Source: Terriglobia bacterium (lineage in GTDB: Bacteria; Acidobacteriota; Terriglobia; 20CM-2-55-15). From it: a stretch of DNA of 64,000 bases. Each line of letters begins with the position of its first letter. The first letter of the stretch is position 1. Below the pieces are notes generated by a model. The model was given only the letters and a program-made list of their open reading frames with translations, ran no database searches and was not told the origin of the DNA. Below, piece after piece: positions 9,816-19,188 of the stretch. The stretch covers positions 64,001 to 128,000 of the forward strand of contig CBDCLE010000017.1 of NCBI GenBank assembly GCA_965218585.1, in the 5' to 3' direction. The position numbers were made by a program, and so were the translations under genes.

Positions 9816-11082
9816 CTACTCCAGAACTATATCGAAAGGGCTTCCATCTGTTCCAAAGAAACGCATCGCACCGTCGGCAGCCTGACCGGCGATACCGCTG
9901 AACAGGATCGCCTGTGTGGTCCATCCCCCACCGTCTACCAGATGCGGGAAGAACAGTTCGTTGGTCGTCGTCACGCCGCTTTCATTTGTCGGAGGCGTCG
10001 TTGCCCGACTGAATCGAACCTACAGCGCCCGGCTCACCGACCACCTCGACAGACGTCCTGAAGGCTGTGCCGAGTTCGGCCGGCGATATCGTCGCCTCGG
10101 AAATCGTCTGGAAATCGAGGTCCGCGTTGTCCAGAACAAGTTGGGCAATGGGCGCAACATTCCCTTCGTCCGGTACCAGCCGGAACGAACCGACTTGCGT
10201 GAGGGAAATAAAATCGGTCGCAACGAACTCTCTGAAACCTCTGGGGGCTAACGAGTACGTATGCACCCGTGCGGTGGCTCCGGTCAAAGCAATCGCGGTC
10301 GATTCCCCGAACGGCCTGAATTCCGAACCCTGGCTTATGAAGGCCATCGTGCCGGTAATTTCCTCATCGGTCGGATTGACTATGATCAACCGCGACGACC
10401 AGGGGCCGCCGAAAACGAAATGTGGCAGATACAGGGTGTCCGTCGAAGTCTCGGTGAGGTCCGCGACGGGCATACTGCTGAAGGTGAATTCCCCGGAATC
10501 TCGTAATGATTGTCTCAAAGCAACAACGGACACCGGCAGTGAGGCGGTAAACGTCAGCGCGCCTCGCGTTCCAGTCTCCGCATTGAACGGATCCTCCGAT
10601 ATAAACCGGGACGTCTGCTGGTTAGCCCCGACGGTAAAGGAGCCGGAACCGAAATCAATGTCTTCCCGGCGTGAATCCGAAAAAAAGAAATCGATTTGAA
10701 CATCCTCGGCGTTGGGATTGACGATCGCCAGACCGGTATTGAGAATGTCTTCACTGAACGTGACGAATACGCGGCCTCTCGTCACGAAGGGTGATGCAGC
10801 CACACCGGTCTCGGTCAAGAGCTCACCGGCGGAATTTCTAAACCCGAATATCCCGACGCCCGACGGCGTAGTACTGCCGGCGCCGGGCTGGATCCGTGTA
10901 TACGTCACAGCAGGAACCGGCGCGCTCCCACTGGTTATCAGAGAAACGCCTCCGCGATCCACCATGGTATAGGAACGTTCGGAACTGCCTGACTGCGGCA
11001 TGGGCGCCACCCCCCACAGGAGGGCCCCGCCGCCAAGCAAGGCTATCACTGCCAGTACAACTACTCGATTCACGACCACCAT
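9816..11082 (-). pseudogene. Secreted protein of tandem 'PHxxxGG' domains, with an internal out-of-frame deletion at ~10004
   Basis: ORF 9982..11082 has a signal peptide. Its true C-terminus ATTPP...ELFFPHLVDGGGWTTQAILFSG...LE* lies in another frame (10004..9816). Confidence 0.7.
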
Positions 11083-11177
11083 CCACTTCCCCCTAACTAC
11101 GCTGCACGATCAAAGAACCTATATTTTTTCATATTCGGTCTAACATCCGCCACACACCATCAAACGAAGCCGGTTCG

Positions 11178-11882
11178 TCAGGGTTTCCGCGTCGGCCGCA
11201 TGACAACTTCACTGATGAAGCTGTTGGCCTCGGCGGCCACCAGCATTCGGACGGCATGGGCCACGTCCCCCGGCTGCAACATGCGTTCTCTGGATTTCCC
11301 CTCCGTTTCCTTGGGCGAAAACGTCGTATTGGTTGAACCCGGACAAAGGACAGACACACGAACCCCGTGTTCACGCACCTCCTGGTAGAGCGCTTCTGAA
11401 AATCCAACGACGCCAAACTTGGACGCACAATAAAGGGCGCGGCCGGCTGATCCAACCTTGCCGGCAATCGAAGCGATGTTGATGATGTGCCCCCGTTCCC
11501 TTTCCTTCATCTGCGGCAGGACGAATCGGCAAGTGAGGAAGAGTCCCTTGAGGTTGGTATCGATGACGCGATCGAAATCGTCCAATACAGACTCGGTCAC
11601 CTCACCGAAGTGGTAGACACCTGCTGAATTCACCAGAACGTCAGCGGGACCCAAATGCCTCTCGGCCTGTTCGAAGGCCTGCTGAACTTCACTCTCAACT
11701 CGCAAGTCCGCAGGAAGGACCATCGAACCCGGCACCTCGGCCGAGGTCTCCTCCAACTCGGATCGCGTGCGCGAAACCAGGACCACGCGCATCCCCAGTC
11801 GGCCCAGTTCGACGGCAACGGCCCTGCCGATCCCTCGGCCCGCGCCTGTCACTATCGCAACTTGATTTTCCAACGAAATCAT
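11178..11882 (-). CDS. SDR family oxidoreductase
   Basis: TGAGRGIG, LVNSAG and YCASKFG. Start placed at MISLENQ. Confidence 0.92.
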   Translation of the reverse strand: MISLENQVAIVTGAGRGIGRAVAVELGRLGMRVVLVSRTRSELEETSAEVPGSMVLPADLRVESEVQQAFEQAERHLGPADVLVNSAGVYHFGEVTESVLDDFDRVIDTNLKGLFLTCRFVLPQMKERERGHIINIASIAGKVGSAGRALYCASKFGVVGFSEALYQEVREHGVRVSVLCPGSTNTTFSPKETEGKSRERMLQPGDVAHAVRMLVAAEANSFISEVVMRPTRKP

Positions 11883-11888
11883 AGAACT

Positions 11889-12024
11889 AACCACCGGGGC
11901 GCAGAGACATAGAACACACCGCAAAGACGCTTAGACGCAAAGGACCTTGATTCGATTTCCCCAGCGTTCTTCTTGGCGCCTTTGCGGTGAAAATCCGTCT
12001 CTCTGCCTTCGTGCCTCTGTGGTT
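11889..12024. repeat. Nested inverted REP-like repeats (ACCACAGAG/CACCGCAAAG type)
   Basis: CACCGCAAAGACGC 11917-11930 pairs with GCGCCTTTGCGGTG 11976-11989, inside an outer imperfect pair 11889.. / ..12024. Confidence 0.6.
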
Positions 12025-12034
12025 CATAGTCTCT

Positions 12035-13816
12035 CTAGTCACCTTGAACCGTTGCGAGCTCCTGCTCCTTGTACTGCAACTGATAGAGTTTGAAATACAG
12101 TCCTCTCTGGGCGAGAAGTTCCTGATGGGAGCCGATCTCCCGGATCCGTCCCGTGTGCATGACGATAATTTTGTCACACCGTTGGATCGTCGACAGCCGG
12201 TGCGCGATGATTATCGACGTCCGTCCACGCATCAGTCGTTCGATCGCCCTTCCGATCTGGCCTTCGGTCTCCGTATCCACGCTTGAGGTCGCCTCGTCCA
12301 AAATCAGGATCTCCGGATCGTGTGCGAGGGCACGAGCAAAAGCGAGGAGCTGTCGCTGTCCAACGGATAAGGTGGTCCCCCGCTCGTTGACGGGGTGTTC
12401 CAGGCCCTTTTCAAGTGAACGGATGAAAGGCCCCAGATTCACGTCTTCGGTTGCCTGTCGAATTTTTTCCGTTGATATGTCGGAACCGAGCCGAATGTTG
12501 GACTCCAGAGTTCCGGAAAACACGAATACATCCTGCAATACAACGGCAAACCGACGGCGCATGTCGTCCAGATCCATAGTTGAAATATCGACACTGTCGA
12601 GCAGGATGCGGCCCTTCTGGATATCGTAGAAACGCGTCAGAAGACTGGTCACGGTTGTCTTCCCCGCACCCGTGTGGCCGACAATCGCAACGGACTCGCT
12701 TTGCCGGACACTGAACGAGAGATCTTTCAGTACCCAATCCTCGTCGTTGTAAGCAAACCAGACATCCTGAAATTCGATCTCTCCTCGAGCTTCGGCGATC
12801 GCGCTTGGTGTGGGAGGAGAAAGAACCGTCGGGGCGGTGTCGAGCAGTCTGAAGATCCGTTCGGAACTGGCCATGGCCGACTGCAGGATGTTGTATTTTT
12901 CACTGAGGTCCGCGATGGGACGAAAAAACCGCTGCGAATACTGAATGAAGGCGATCAGGGCTCCCAGGGTGAGAATACCGGTCAGGACCTGTCCCCCACC
13001 GTACCAGATGATCAGCGCAATCGCTGTCGCGCTCAGAAGTTCGACGATGGGATAGAAGATTGCGTAGGCCATGATGGAATCGAGGTTCGCCTGCAGGTGC
13101 TCACGGTTGATGAGGTCGAACCTCTCGGCGCTCTTGCGCTCACGGTTGTAGAGCTGAACCACGCTCATCCCCGTAATGTGTTCGTGGAGGAAGGCGTTGA
13201 TTTTCGCGATCGCGATCCGGACACGGCGGTAACCGTCTCTCGCCTTCATCCGGAAAATTGCAGTGGTCACGCCGATAAACGGGACGATTGCCAGGACGAT
13301 CAGGCCCAGACGCCAGTCCAGAACCAGCAGCACGATCATGATGCCGGTCAGAGTAAATATGTCTCCAAAAACGGAGACGATACCGGCGGAGAACATTTCA
13401 TTGAGAACATCGACGTCCGTCGTAACGCGCGTGATAAGGCGCCCGACAGGATTGCGATCGAAGAAGCTGTTCGAGAGGCTCTGGATGTGGTTGAAGATCT
13501 GGCGCCTCATATCGAACATGATTCGCTGTCCCGTACTCTGGAGCGTGTAGGTCTGAAGGAAACCAATGCCATACTTCACTACGAGCAGACCAAAGTAAGC
13601 CGAAGCAATCAGCGAGAGCCCACCCATGTTGCCTTGAAGGATGTAGCGATCCACGGCGATCATCGTCAGCCACGGAAAACTGATTTCAATCAGCGACTCC
13701 ACCATGATGAGAAGAAACGCGAACAGCACTATCTTGCGGTACGGCAGAAGGTAGACCATCAGCCGCCGCATGAGCCGGGAGTCGTATGCTTTGCCTAGTA
13801 CTTCTTCTTCCTGCAT
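12035..13816 (-). CDS. ABC exporter fused permease/ATPase (MdlB/YheH-like partner)
   Basis: TM domain, Walker A GHTGAGKT, signature LSVGQRQ, Walker B LILDEATS. Confidence 0.93.
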   Translation of the reverse strand: MQEEEVLGKAYDSRLMRRLMVYLLPYRKIVLFAFLLIMVESLIEISFPWLTMIAVDRYILQGNMGGLSLIASAYFGLLVVKYGIGFLQTYTLQSTGQRIMFDMRRQIFNHIQSLSNSFFDRNPVGRLITRVTTDVDVLNEMFSAGIVSVFGDIFTLTGIMIVLLVLDWRLGLIVLAIVPFIGVTTAIFRMKARDGYRRVRIAIAKINAFLHEHITGMSVVQLYNRERKSAERFDLINREHLQANLDSIMAYAIFYPIVELLSATAIALIIWYGGGQVLTGILTLGALIAFIQYSQRFFRPIADLSEKYNILQSAMASSERIFRLLDTAPTVLSPPTPSAIAEARGEIEFQDVWFAYNDEDWVLKDLSFSVRQSESVAIVGHTGAGKTTVTSLLTRFYDIQKGRILLDSVDISTMDLDDMRRRFAVVLQDVFVFSGTLESNIRLGSDISTEKIRQATEDVNLGPFIRSLEKGLEHPVNERGTTLSVGQRQLLAFARALAHDPEILILDEATSSVDTETEGQIGRAIERLMRGRTSIIIAHRLSTIQRCDKIIVMHTGRIREIGSHQELLAQRGLYFKLYQLQYKEQELATVQGD

Positions 13817-13884
13817 CTAACCTGCCGCTCTACTTTCCAGAATAGATCTTGCAATTCCCTGCATCTCATCCGCTTCAAGAAACA

Positions 13885-15642
13885 TCATTCCGCTACGTCC
13901 AGTTCGTCTTCCAGAAGCTGGCGTTGATGGAGTTCGGCGTACTGCCCTTCAAGCGCCAGCAGTTGATCATGAGTACCCCTCTCGACGATCTCCCCGCCGT
14001 CGAGAACTACGATTTCGTCCGCACCCTTGACGGTCGATACGCGATGGCTGATCAGGAGTGAAGTCCGGTCCTGCATCACGGTTCTCAGTTCGTCGAGGAT
14101 CTGCTCTTCGGTATACGTGTCTACGCTCGACAACGCGTCGTCGAGAATGAGAATCCTGGGGTCTCGAACCACGGCCCGGGATATTGCCGTCCGCTGCTTC
14201 TGCCCACCAGACAAGGTGATGCCACGTTCACCAACCAAAGTCTCAAAGCGTTTAGGAAACTGGTCTATATCCTCGTATATGTTAGATATATGAGCTGCCT
14301 TCTCAACCTTAGCCTCAGATACTTCATCCACTCCAAAGGCGATGTTTTCAAAGATTGTCTCGCCGAACAGGAACGTGTCCTGGGGAATGAAACCGATCGA
14401 ACGCCGGAGACGCTCGAGGGGAAACCGCTCTATAGGAATCCCGTCGACAAAGATCGACTTTTCGGGCGCGTTGTACAGGCGCGGGATAAGTTGCGCCAGA
14501 GTGGATTTTCCTGCACCTGTCGAACCCACAATCGCCAGCGTCTTGCCCTGGGGAATGGTCAGGGAAACATCCCGCAGCACGGGCGTGCCGTTGTAAGCAA
14601 AGCTGAGGTTGCGCAGTTCAATTTCTCCCCGGATCTCGTTGTCCACACAGTCGGGCGAGTCTGCGATCTCGGGAACCGCATCGAGTATGTAGTTCAACCG
14701 CCTCATCGACGCCCGACCGCGTTCCAACAGGTTGACCACCCAACCCAACGCGATCATTGGAAAGGCCAGCATGCCCAGGTATACCGTGAACGCGACGAAG
14801 TCTCCCAGGGTGATAATTCCAGAGACGACCTGCCTTCCCCCAAACCAGATGACGGCGACCGTCGCAAATCCAATCGTGAACTGCATCGTGGGGTAGAACA
14901 GACTGGTCACACGGATCAAATCCATGTTCTTGTCCTGCAAGCTATGGTTCAGCCCGTCGAACTCGGCTTTCTCGTGCTCCTCCTGCACGAAGACCTTTAC
15001 GACACGGATCCCGGACAAGCTTTCCTGTACGCGGGCACTGAGGCTGGCCAGGCGCTGCTGCGATTCCTCGCTCAGGACATGGATGCGCGAACCGAATTGG
15101 CGCACACCGTAAGAAATCAGCGGCAGAGGAAGCAACGCCACGAGCGTCAACCTCCAGTCGATACTCAACATCAATCCAATGGCAATCGTCGTGGTGAGGA
15201 CCGTATTCGCCGTGTACATGATTCCGGGACCGAGCAACATACGCACATTACTCAAATCGTTCGTCGCCCGCGACATGAGGTCCCCGGTAAAACTTTTCTG
15301 GAAGAACGAGAGTTCAAGCTTCTCCATGTGCGCGAACACGTCGCTCCGCAGGTGGTACTCGATCCGGCGGGAGACCCCGATCATGAGCCACCTCATGAGA
15401 AACCGGGAGATACCCTGGAAGACGGTCAGTCCGACGATCAGTCCGGCATACAAGAGGAGCCTGTCGCGGGTAATCTCCTCGCTGAGGCTGTCGATGCCAT
15501 ACCGGATGACCCAGGGGTTAGCCAGCGAGAAGGCCGACGTGGCGACGACACAGACCAACCCCGCCATCATCCTGGACTTATATCTTTTGAGATAAACGAT
15601 TAACCGGGATAAAGTACTGGTTTGGGACCTTTCGAGGGGCAT
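13885..15642 (-). CDS. ABC exporter fused permease/ATPase (MdlA/YheI-like partner)
   Basis: GSTGAGKS, LSGGQKQR and degenerate Walker B ILDDALS, typical of heterodimeric exporters. Confidence 0.93.
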   Translation of the reverse strand: MPLERSQTSTLSRLIVYLKRYKSRMMAGLVCVVATSAFSLANPWVIRYGIDSLSEEITRDRLLLYAGLIVGLTVFQGISRFLMRWLMIGVSRRIEYHLRSDVFAHMEKLELSFFQKSFTGDLMSRATNDLSNVRMLLGPGIMYTANTVLTTTIAIGLMLSIDWRLTLVALLPLPLISYGVRQFGSRIHVLSEESQQRLASLSARVQESLSGIRVVKVFVQEEHEKAEFDGLNHSLQDKNMDLIRVTSLFYPTMQFTIGFATVAVIWFGGRQVVSGIITLGDFVAFTVYLGMLAFPMIALGWVVNLLERGRASMRRLNYILDAVPEIADSPDCVDNEIRGEIELRNLSFAYNGTPVLRDVSLTIPQGKTLAIVGSTGAGKSTLAQLIPRLYNAPEKSIFVDGIPIERFPLERLRRSIGFIPQDTFLFGETIFENIAFGVDEVSEAKVEKAAHISNIYEDIDQFPKRFETLVGERGITLSGGQKQRTAISRAVVRDPRILILDDALSSVDTYTEEQILDELRTVMQDRTSLLISHRVSTVKGADEIVVLDGGEIVERGTHDQLLALEGQYAELHQRQLLEDELDVAE

Positions 15643-15678
15643 CGGCCTACCATTCTACATTTATTGGAGTGGGCTTTT

Positions 15679-15706
15679 AAACCGGGCCCCCGGAAGTGGA
15701 GTCTAA
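15679..15706 (+). promoter_or_regulatory. Putative ECF-sigma (autoregulatory) promoter
   Basis: AAACCG-N16-GTCTAA about 85 bp upstream of the sigma start, matching the AAC/GTC ECF consensus. Confidence 0.5.
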
Positions 15707-15845
15707 AGTTATTGTAGGCGTTCCCGATGGACGCCTGGAGACAGAACCACTGTCATACCAATAAGTTCGGGAATGTCGAGCAAGAAGACCATGGATCAGA
15801 CCGCGATTACTGCCATGCCGGTTTCGACGACGGAAAGGGATGAGG

Positions 15846-17210
15846 GAGGTCGTTCCAATCGGTGTGTAAAAAGAGAAGGCGGTGTACGCTTTCGGTGAAT
15901 CCGAAACCCTAAGCAATCCCGGCAGCAACCGGGAGAAAGGTACACCACCCATGAAGAAGAAGAACATACCGGCATCAGTGGCGTCAACGAACGCGTATGA
16001 AGGTTTGGAGGACTGGGCGCGATCCCGGGTCCAAGTCTGGCTACAGGAGCTGCTCGAGGACGAAGTCACTCAATTTCTGGGTCGGGAAAAGTCGGAGCGG
16101 AGTCCGAATCGACGAGGATACCGGAACGGTCACGGGAAGCCGCGACGCTTCGCAATGATGAACGGTACGATGGAGGTTCGACGACCTCGGGTTCGAAACA
16201 CCGCCGAGCGGTTCGAGAGTCAGATCCTGCCGTATTTTCGACGGAAATCGAAACAGCTGGGCGAGCTACTTCCCGATCTCTACCTCCACGGTCTGGCCAC
16301 AGGGGACTTCGAGCAGGCCATGCGCGGACTGCTTGGCGCTGGCGCTCCGTTGTCGCGAGCATCGATCCAACGACTGAAATCGACCTGGCAGTTGGAGTAT
16401 GACGAGTGGGTCCAGCAGGACCTGTCCGGCCTCGAGGTCGTGTACCAGTGGGCAGACAGCTTGTACGTGAAAGCGGGGATCGCGAAAGAGCGAGCGGCAT
16501 TGCGGGTGATCATCGGAGCCTTGTCAGACGGGCGCAAAGTGGTGTTGGCCTGTGAGAGCGGGCAGCGGGAAAGCAAGGAGTCCTGGAGCCGCATTCTGCG
16601 CAATCTCCAGAGACGGGGCCTGAAGCTGGGACGGCTGACTGTCGCGGACGGTCACCTGGGCATCTGGTCCGCGCTGGCCGAGCAACAGCCCCAGGGCCAG
16701 GAACAACGCTGCTGGAACCACAAGTCGATCAACGTGGTCGATCATCTGCCGAAGACCGAGCAGCCCGCGGCCAGACAGCTGCTCCATGGGATGGCCTTCG
16801 CGAACTCCCGCGCGGCCTGCGAACGAAAGCGGGATCAGTTCGTCCGCCGATATGAGAAGAACTATCCCAAAGCGGGTGAGACGCTGTTGCGGGACTGGGA
16901 CCGGATGATTACTTTCTATGAGTTCCCGAAACAACACTGGGTGCATCTGAGAACAACCAACATCGTCGAATCGCCTTTCGACATGGTTCGCCTCCGTACC
17001 AACGCCGCTCGCCGATTCAAGCGTGTCGAGAATGCAACGGCAATGATCTGGAAGCTACTACGTGTCGCTGAGAAGGCTTGGCGACACTTAAAAGGATCCG
17101 AACTCTTACAAGAGGTCTATGATGGTCAGCAATTCGCTGACGGCATCAGAGTCGTGATGAAATCGAAGGCCGCCGCCTGATGACTTTTACACACCTTTTG
17201 TAATGACCTC
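15846..17210 (+). mobile_element. Complete IS256-family insertion sequence (1365 bp)
   Basis: 26-bp imperfect IRs GAGGTCGTTCCAATCGGTGTGTAAAA (15846-15871) and TTTTACACACCTTTTGTAATGACCTC (17185-17210). Perfect 8-bp TSD GGATGAGG at 15838-15845 and 17211-17218. Confidence 0.95.
15951..17180 (+). CDS. IS256-family (Mutator-type) DDE transposase
   Basis: GYRNGH, RPRVR, WADSLY, ADGHLG, QRCWNHK and LRTTNIVES. Start MKKK at 15951 is likely. Confidence 0.95.
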   Translation: MKKKNIPASVASTNAYEGLEDWARSRVQVWLQELLEDEVTQFLGREKSERSPNRRGYRNGHGKPRRFAMMNGTMEVRRPRVRNTAERFESQILPYFRRKSKQLGELLPDLYLHGLATGDFEQAMRGLLGAGAPLSRASIQRLKSTWQLEYDEWVQQDLSGLEVVYQWADSLYVKAGIAKERAALRVIIGALSDGRKVVLACESGQRESKESWSRILRNLQRRGLKLGRLTVADGHLGIWSALAEQQPQGQEQRCWNHKSINVVDHLPKTEQPAARQLLHGMAFANSRAACERKRDQFVRRYEKNYPKAGETLLRDWDRMITFYEFPKQHWVHLRTTNIVESPFDMVRLRTNAARRFKRVENATAMIWKLLRVAEKAWRHLKGSELLQEVYDGQQFADGIRVVMKSKAAA

Positions 17211-17802
17211 GGATGAGGACAGAGACCTTGTATCCCGATACCTGTCTGGAGATATGATCGCCTTTGACGAGTTGATGACCCGCCACGAAAGGCAGATCTA
17301 CAGACTCTGCTTCCGGTTTGTGAAGAACCCGGAAGACGCCATGGATCTGACTCAGGAAGTCTTCATCAAGGCCTTTGAGAAACTCACTGCTTTCCGGGGG
17401 ATGCCCGGTTCAAAACATGGTTGTATCGCGTTGCGGTCAATCATTGCCTGAACCACGTAAAGAAAAACTCCCGGGAGTTTGTCGAAGTCAACGAAAGTAT
17501 TGGAAGCGTCGGTCCGTCTTCTCATAACAGACTGCTTGAGAGAGAACGGCGCGATATCGTAAAGCAGCTCATGGGGAACCTCCCTCCGAAGCAGAAGGCG
17601 ATTCTCGAGCTGCGAATGAACGACAATCTGAGCTACGAAGAGATTGCAGGCATACTGGGACGATCGGTTTCGACGGTCAAATCCAGCGTCTTCTTCGCGC
17701 TCACCAAGCTCAAGAAGATGGTCGCCCAACAGGCGGCTGCAGGCCAAATGTGATCCAGGCGGTATGAACCAAATAGCAGGGCTATAACACTGGCAGATAA
17801 CA

Positions 17803-18441
17803 ATGCTTAGCTACTTCAAAGGATTCAGGCATCTGAGGGCCAAAGAGTTCATGACCCTTCTCGATGGTCTCGACCTGGGGGGGGATCGCCGAACCCACCT
17901 CCGAGAGTGTGCCAACTGCAGAACGACTCTGGCTTCGATCGCAGAATTGGGGCAGGACATATCGGAATCCGAGGGCGTGGACGCTGATACCACCCACGCG
18001 GCGGTCGCGAATGCGGACTGGGTTCGGCTGCGTTCTTCAGTCAGGGACCGACTGCTTGCACGTGCCGTCAAGCGTGATTCGGTTCTGCAGCGATGGACAG
18101 GGTGGACCGGCCTGCCGACCCCGGTCTGGAGCCTCGCTCTCCTGGCCCTTGTTACCGGGATGGCCGTTGGTGGATTTTGGCAATATCAGACAGTTCAGCT
18201 GACGGATGAAATAACGGAGATTTCGTCGAACGAAGGCGTAAACTTGTCTTCGACCGAGTCCGGCTCCGAGTTCGGGCTGTTTCCCGGGGACGCCGAAATC
18301 ATCGAGGCGGAAGCTCTGGCCTGGTCCCAGACCGAGATCTTCACTTCCCTGAACGAACTGGAATCGGGTGAAGAAGATGTGCTCCGGGAGCTGATTTCCC
18401 TGGCTTTTGCCGAAGCTTCGATCTTTGACGAGTCGAGGTAA
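17803..18441 (+). CDS. Putative zinc-binding membrane anti-sigma factor
   Basis: HLRECANC (HxxxCxxC), one TM helix, directly downstream of the ECF sigma. Confidence 0.75.
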   Translation: MLSYFKGFRHLRAKEFMTLLDGLDLGGDRRTHLRECANCRTTLASIAELGQDISESEGVDADTTHAAVANADWVRLRSSVRDRLLARAVKRDSVLQRWTGWTGLPTPVWSLALLALVTGMAVGGFWQYQTVQLTDEITEISSNEGVNLSSTESGSEFGLFPGDAEIIEAEALAWSQTEIFTSLNELESGEEDVLRELISLAFAEASIFDESR

Positions 18442-18457
18442 TAGAAGCCGCGCGACA

Positions 18458-19021
18458 ATGAAAGTTCTATCCATCGCCATAATGACGCTGACCATGCTCG
18501 TCGGGACGGGTCTGTCAGCGCAGTCGTCCCGGGAAGGTCCGGTCATCCTGAAGGTTCGGCCACAGCAAAGATCCGGACAGGGGAGAAACCTGCGCGCTCC
18601 GGATGTCGCATCAATCCAGGAAGTCATTGAGGGTTTCTACGTCAGCCGTTTTCAGATGGAACTGGAACTGGACGATGAACAGTTCGCGCGGGTGCTTCCG
18701 AGGCTGAGAAACTCGCTGAGGGAATGGAATGAGGCAGGACAGAGACATGCTCGAGCGCTCAATCAGCTACGACAGGCGATGCGAGCCAATGCTCCTGACG
18801 ACGAGATTGCCCGGCGAATCGAAGAAATAGACGAAAGCGACATCGCCCTGCGGGCCATCCAGGAAAACCTGTTGCGTTCGGTCGATCCCGACCTGTCTCC
18901 CCGGCAGCGTGCCCGCCTGCGCATCGTCCAGCCCAACCTTGAAGAGCGGATCCGAAATATGATCGAGCGTTCCCGCGGCCGCCCCCCTCAACCCCCGCGT
19001 CCCCCCCAACCTCCTCGATAA
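18458..19021 (+). CDS. Periplasmic helical protein (Spy/CpxP-like)
   Basis: Signal peptide, LELDDEQ...LSPRQRARL pattern; third gene of the ECF operon. Confidence 0.6.
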   Translation: MKVLSIAIMTLTMLVGTGLSAQSSREGPVILKVRPQQRSGQGRNLRAPDVASIQEVIEGFYVSRFQMELELDDEQFARVLPRLRNSLREWNEAGQRHARALNQLRQAMRANAPDDEIARRIEEIDESDIALRAIQENLLRSVDPDLSPRQRARLRIVQPNLEERIRNMIERSRGRPPQPPRPPQPPR

Positions 19022-19033
19022 GAACAAACAGAG

Positions 19034-19172
19034 AGGCGCAGAGACGCGGAGGTGCAGACTTCTCGCGAATCCCTCTGTTCCCACGTTTAAGGTATTCCGA
19101 TAACTTCCTCGCCACCCCGAACTCGGGATTAGGGACGCGTTGGCCTCCCATTTTTCTCCGCGCCTCTGCGTT
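19034..19172. repeat. Inverted REP-like pair (CGCAGAGACGCGGAG type) between convergent genes
   Basis: AGGCGCAGAGACGCGGAG 19034-19051 vs CTCCGCGCCTCTGCGTT 19156-19172. Confidence 0.6.
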
Positions 19173-19188
19173 GGCGTCTTTTCTTCCT

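Larger units (their letters stand above)
15791..17753 (+). pseudogene. ECF sigma-70 factor interrupted by IS256 and by a G5 frameshift at 17396-17400
   Basis: Removing the IS gives MDQTAITAMPVSTTERDEDRDLVSRY...DLTQEVFIKAF. One extra G gives FRGDARFKTWLYR, then region 4 SYEEIAGILGRSVSTVKS. Confidence 0.88.

Noticed and set aside
12674-15603. Long plus-strand ORFs (374 aa and 437 aa), and similar ones at 30251, 39830, 47582 and 62727
   Set aside because: They are antisense shadows of well-supported genes in a GC-rich genome and carry no recognisable motifs.
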